A DNA stretch of 64,000 nt, from contig CBDDCJ010000026.1 of NCBI GenBank assembly GCA_965226205.1, positions 131,321-195,320 on the forward strand. The letters run 5' to 3'. How positions within the stretch are numbered: position 1 is the first letter of the stretch; each line of letters starts with the position of its first letter. Of this stretch, positions 61,115-64,000 are shown piece by piece. A program made the position numbers and the translations under genes. The stretch comes from Opitutales bacterium (lineage in GTDB: Bacteria; Verrucomicrobiota; Verrucomicrobiia; Opitutales; UBA2987). Below the pieces are notes generated by a model. That model was not told the origin of the DNA, did not search any database, and worked only from the letters and a program-made list of their open reading frames with translations.

Positions 61115-61239
61115 CTTTAAGTATTTTTTGATCTTTTTTCGTGATTGTCGGTGTTTTGCATATTGGGAGAGGGCTCCCGTTCTCTTAGAGGGCGGGGGCC
61201 CGCCTATTTTTGGGAAGAGAGGTGCCAGCACTCGAGGTA

Positions 61240-61274
61240 TCCTGCATCCTGACACACGACACCCGAAACCTGAA
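61240..61274. repeat. Degenerate heptamer-periodic arm related to 41254-41328
   Basis: TCCTGCA TCCTGAC ACACGAC ACCCGAA ACCTGAA. Confidence 0.55.
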
Positions 61275-61289
61275 ATGAATCATACTCGA

Positions 61290-62237
61290 TTACCTGGATG
61301 GCGGAATTTTTTCCCATCCGGCTCGAACCTGCTCCGGCTCCCAGCCATTCTCACGCAAGGTTCTGATATAGAGGGAATCGTGCCTTTTCGAAAGGCGGGC
61401 CCCTTTTTCATCTCGAACCAAGTGGCAATGATAAAACGCTGGCGGAGGCCTATTCAGTTGCTTGTAAATGAGGAGCTGCCTGGCCGTTGAAGTGAGCAAA
61501 TCCTCACCGCGCACCACTTCAGTGATGCCCATTTTGCAATCGTCCACCACCACCGCCAATTCATAAGAGGGAAAGCCATCTTTTCGCCAGACCAGAAAAT
61601 CACCAAAATCTTTACCGGCCTCCTTTGTCACCAAACCGGCATTACAGTCTTGAAAAGAGATCGATTCTCCTACCGGAACACGAAACCGCCAGTTCACTCG
61701 GCCCGGTTCCGGTTCGTCGCGGCCAGTCCCTTCCGGCGGCCGCAAATGCAGTGGAAAGGGAGGATCGGCCTCTCCTTCATGGGGAGCCGTCAATGCTCTC
61801 TCCACATCTTTTCGGGAATGGGGGGACGGATAAATGGCGCCGTCATTTTTGAGTTCCTGCCATGCCCGCAAGTAGAGATTTATGCGCTCGCTCTGATTAT
61901 AGGGTTCGGCCGGGCCCCCGATATCCGGTCCCTCCTGCCAACGGCAGCCCAGCCAGAGCAAATCTGCAATCATGGCCTCGGTGAAGGCGTCTTTACAGCG
62001 TTGTTGATCCAGGTCCTCGTTTCTCAAAATAAGGACGCCCTTATTTTCCCGGCAGCGCTGGTCGGTAGTCCAGAAGGTGCGGGCGTGGCCCAGATGCAAA
62101 TAGCCGGAAGGCGTGGGCGCCAGACGGCCCCGGTAGGGAGCCGTTATCGAGGTATTGTCATCGGGCATCGGAAAAGCAATCCTGTTGGGCCTCCATTGGA
62201 ACTGGCAATCGGAAAAAGTCTTTGCCTTTCTTAACAA
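61290..62237 (-). CDS. gluQ: tRNA glutamyl-Q(34) synthetase (start uncertain)
   Basis: GRLAPTPSGYLHLGH, VVRGEDL, RLSKR; lacks the anticodon-binding domain of GluRS. Confidence 0.88.
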   Translation of the reverse strand: MLRKAKTFSDCQFQWRPNRIAFPMPDDNTSITAPYRGRLAPTPSGYLHLGHARTFWTTDQRCRENKGVLILRNEDLDQQRCKDAFTEAMIADLLWLGCRWQEGPDIGGPAEPYNQSERINLYLRAWQELKNDGAIYPSPHSRKDVERALTAPHEGEADPPFPLHLRPPEGTGRDEPEPGRVNWRFRVPVGESISFQDCNAGLVTKEAGKDFGDFLVWRKDGFPSYELAVVVDDCKMGITEVVRGEDLLTSTARQLLIYKQLNRPPPAFYHCHLVRDEKGARLSKRHDSLYIRTLRENGWEPEQVRAGWEKIPPSR

Positions 62238-62284
62238 TATTTATCGAAATCGCACGAGTGACCTTATGACAATTTGAATCTTTT

Positions 62285-63541
62285 ATGAATGATCGAGAAG
62301 AAATTTTATTAGACTTGGAGGAGCCGGAAGATTTTTCCGGCCTTGGATTGAGCGAAGCAGTGCTTTGCGCCATCGCAGACAAGGGCTACAAAAAACCCTC
62401 CGCGGTGCAGGCCCAGGCCATCCCTCTGGTTTTGCGCGGGAGGGATATTATTGGCGCTTCCCACACCGGAACGGGCAAAACGGCGGCTTTCGCCCTGCCC
62501 ATTCTTTCTCTCCTCAATCGGCACGGCGACCTGCGCTGCCTCATCCTTGAACCGACCCGGGAATTGGCCCAGCAAGTGGAAAATGCCTTTCACGCTTACG
62601 GGAAAGAAACGGATCTGAAAACAACCTTGCTGCATGGCGGGGTAGGATATGGGAAACAGTTGGAAAAATTGCACAAGGGAACGGATATCGTAGTCGCCAC
62701 ACCGGGACGCCTGCTCGACCATTTAGGGCGCAATACGCTCTCGCTCGATAAAATAAATTTTCTCGTTCTGGACGAGGCCGACCGCATGCTCGATATGGGA
62801 TTTATGCCCGATGTGCGGCGGATCATCGGGCGGTGCGCCAGCAAGCGTCGGCAAAGTATGCTCTTTTCCGCCACTCTGGTTCCGGAAATTGAAAATTTGG
62901 CGGCATGGGTCCTGCGCAACCCGGTTCGCATTGACATTGGCGGCGGCGTTTCCACCGCCGAGACGGTTACCCATGCCATCTATCCGGTGGACGAGCGCCA
63001 GAAGTTCGATCTTCTGGTGGCGATTTTAAATAAGATCGACTATCGCAGCGTGATCATTTTTTGCCGCACTAAAAGAGGGGCTGATATCATTGCCCGGTGG
63101 CTCGAAAACACCCACCACAAGACGGCCATCCTGCACTCCGATCGCTCCCAAAAAGAGCGCGACAAGGCCATGCAAGGCTTTAAATCCGGCAAGGTGGAAA
63201 TCCTCGTGGCCACGGATATTGTCTCGCGCGGTATCGACATCATGGCCGTGAGCCACGTTATCAACTACGATATACCGCAGCATCGGGAGGACTATGTCCA
63301 CCGCATCGGACGAACCGGCCGCATGAATAATGAAGGCGATGCAGTAACTCTCTTTACGGCCAGCGACCAGGATTTCCTGAAAAAAATCGAGGATTTTATC
63401 GGTCAAAAAATCGAGCGAAAAAAAATCGACGATTTTGATTACAAATGGACTCCCATCCTGGAGGAGCAAAAACCCCAGCCAAAACGCCGCAACCGGGGAT
63501 TTTCCACGACCACTAGCATGAACCGGGGGCGCCGCCGGTAA
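62285..63541 (+). CDS. DEAD-box RNA helicase
   Basis: TGTGKT, PTREL, DEAD, FSAT, YVHRIGRTGR. Confidence 0.95.
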   Translation: MNDREEILLDLEEPEDFSGLGLSEAVLCAIADKGYKKPSAVQAQAIPLVLRGRDIIGASHTGTGKTAAFALPILSLLNRHGDLRCLILEPTRELAQQVENAFHAYGKETDLKTTLLHGGVGYGKQLEKLHKGTDIVVATPGRLLDHLGRNTLSLDKINFLVLDEADRMLDMGFMPDVRRIIGRCASKRRQSMLFSATLVPEIENLAAWVLRNPVRIDIGGGVSTAETVTHAIYPVDERQKFDLLVAILNKIDYRSVIIFCRTKRGADIIARWLENTHHKTAILHSDRSQKERDKAMQGFKSGKVEILVATDIVSRGIDIMAVSHVINYDIPQHREDYVHRIGRTGRMNNEGDAVTLFTASDQDFLKKIEDFIGQKIERKKIDDFDYKWTPILEEQKPQPKRRNRGFSTTTSMNRGRRR

Positions 63542-63585
63542 AGCGATTGTCAGAGGCGTCATTGCGTAAAGAGACTACAACCACG

Positions 63586-64000
63586 GGTAGTGTATTAAGT
63601 AGGAATGGTGGCTAATTCTTGATTATATTGATGAATGAAAAGTCTCAGACAGGTTTCATGCATACTCTTAAGCTTGGAAAAGGAGAGGGTTTTGCGTGTG
63701 AAACGACCCAGTCGTTGGCGCAGGGTATTGTTCCATCGTTCCACATGGGCCGTTTCACCGGTTTCTTTTCCCACGGATCGGTTATGAGGAAAGACTTCAT
63801 CATAAGTGGACCAAAAGTCGCTGTAGGTGGCACATCTTTTGTAGGCCCGTGGCAGGCGCTCGTAAAGTTCCCGGCAACGATACCAATCCCGAGGCCCAAT
63901 GGCATAGGAGAGGATTTGACGGGTGCGTCGGCAAAGAGCGATCCAAACCCATTGGGCATCGCTCTTGCGCCCCACAAAAGACCACAGTTCGTCCAGTTCA
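63586..64000 (-). mobile_element. IS1-family element, truncated by the window end (InsB-like ORF 63595..63975)
   Basis: TYSDFW, ETAHVERWNNTLRQRLGRFTRKTLSFSK; GGTAGTG terminus at 63586. Confidence 0.85.

Noticed and set aside
1-64000. Numerous overlapping antisense or alternative-frame ORFs in the supplied track (e.g. 8291..9004, 12447..13145, 32021..32998, 55150..56385)
   Set aside because: They lie opposite well-supported genes in GC-rich DNA and show no family motifs

Overview
A bacterial chromosome window of roughly 55% GC by eye. The gene set and protein styles suggest Verrucomicrobiota/Opitutae; this is inference, not a database result. Most of it is housekeeping and nutrition: an opp peptide ABC operon with M3 and M16 peptidases, nhaC, clpP, yajC-secDF-recJ, glyQS, dinB, def, aat, sulP, recQ, gluQ and a DEAD-box helicase. 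Over this lie five IS elements (2x IS1634-like, ISNCY/IS5-like, IS3, partial IS1) and two MITE-like inserts. Removing the inserts in silico restores three broken genes: an FG-GAP/ASPIC-UnbV protein, a BNR/sialidase-like protein and an FkbM-like methyltransferase that was hit twice. The best candidates for undescribed biology are (1) a coupled MotA/ExbB-like plus MotB-like membrane pair at 45574-48670, whose MotB-like partner has a long coiled coil and a trypsin-fold-like tail instead of a peptidoglycan-binding domain, and (2) a roughly 110-aa Trp-rich C-terminal module shared by two otherwise unrelated secreted proteins, a candidate sorting or anchoring domain. Other notable items are an OvoA-type methyltransferase coupled to an M29-like peptidase, a 298-bp MITE sharing ends with a full IS in the window, short-period repeat arms in intergenic gaps, and recurrent 17-18 bp indels. 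No rRNA, tRNA or CRISPR array was recognised.
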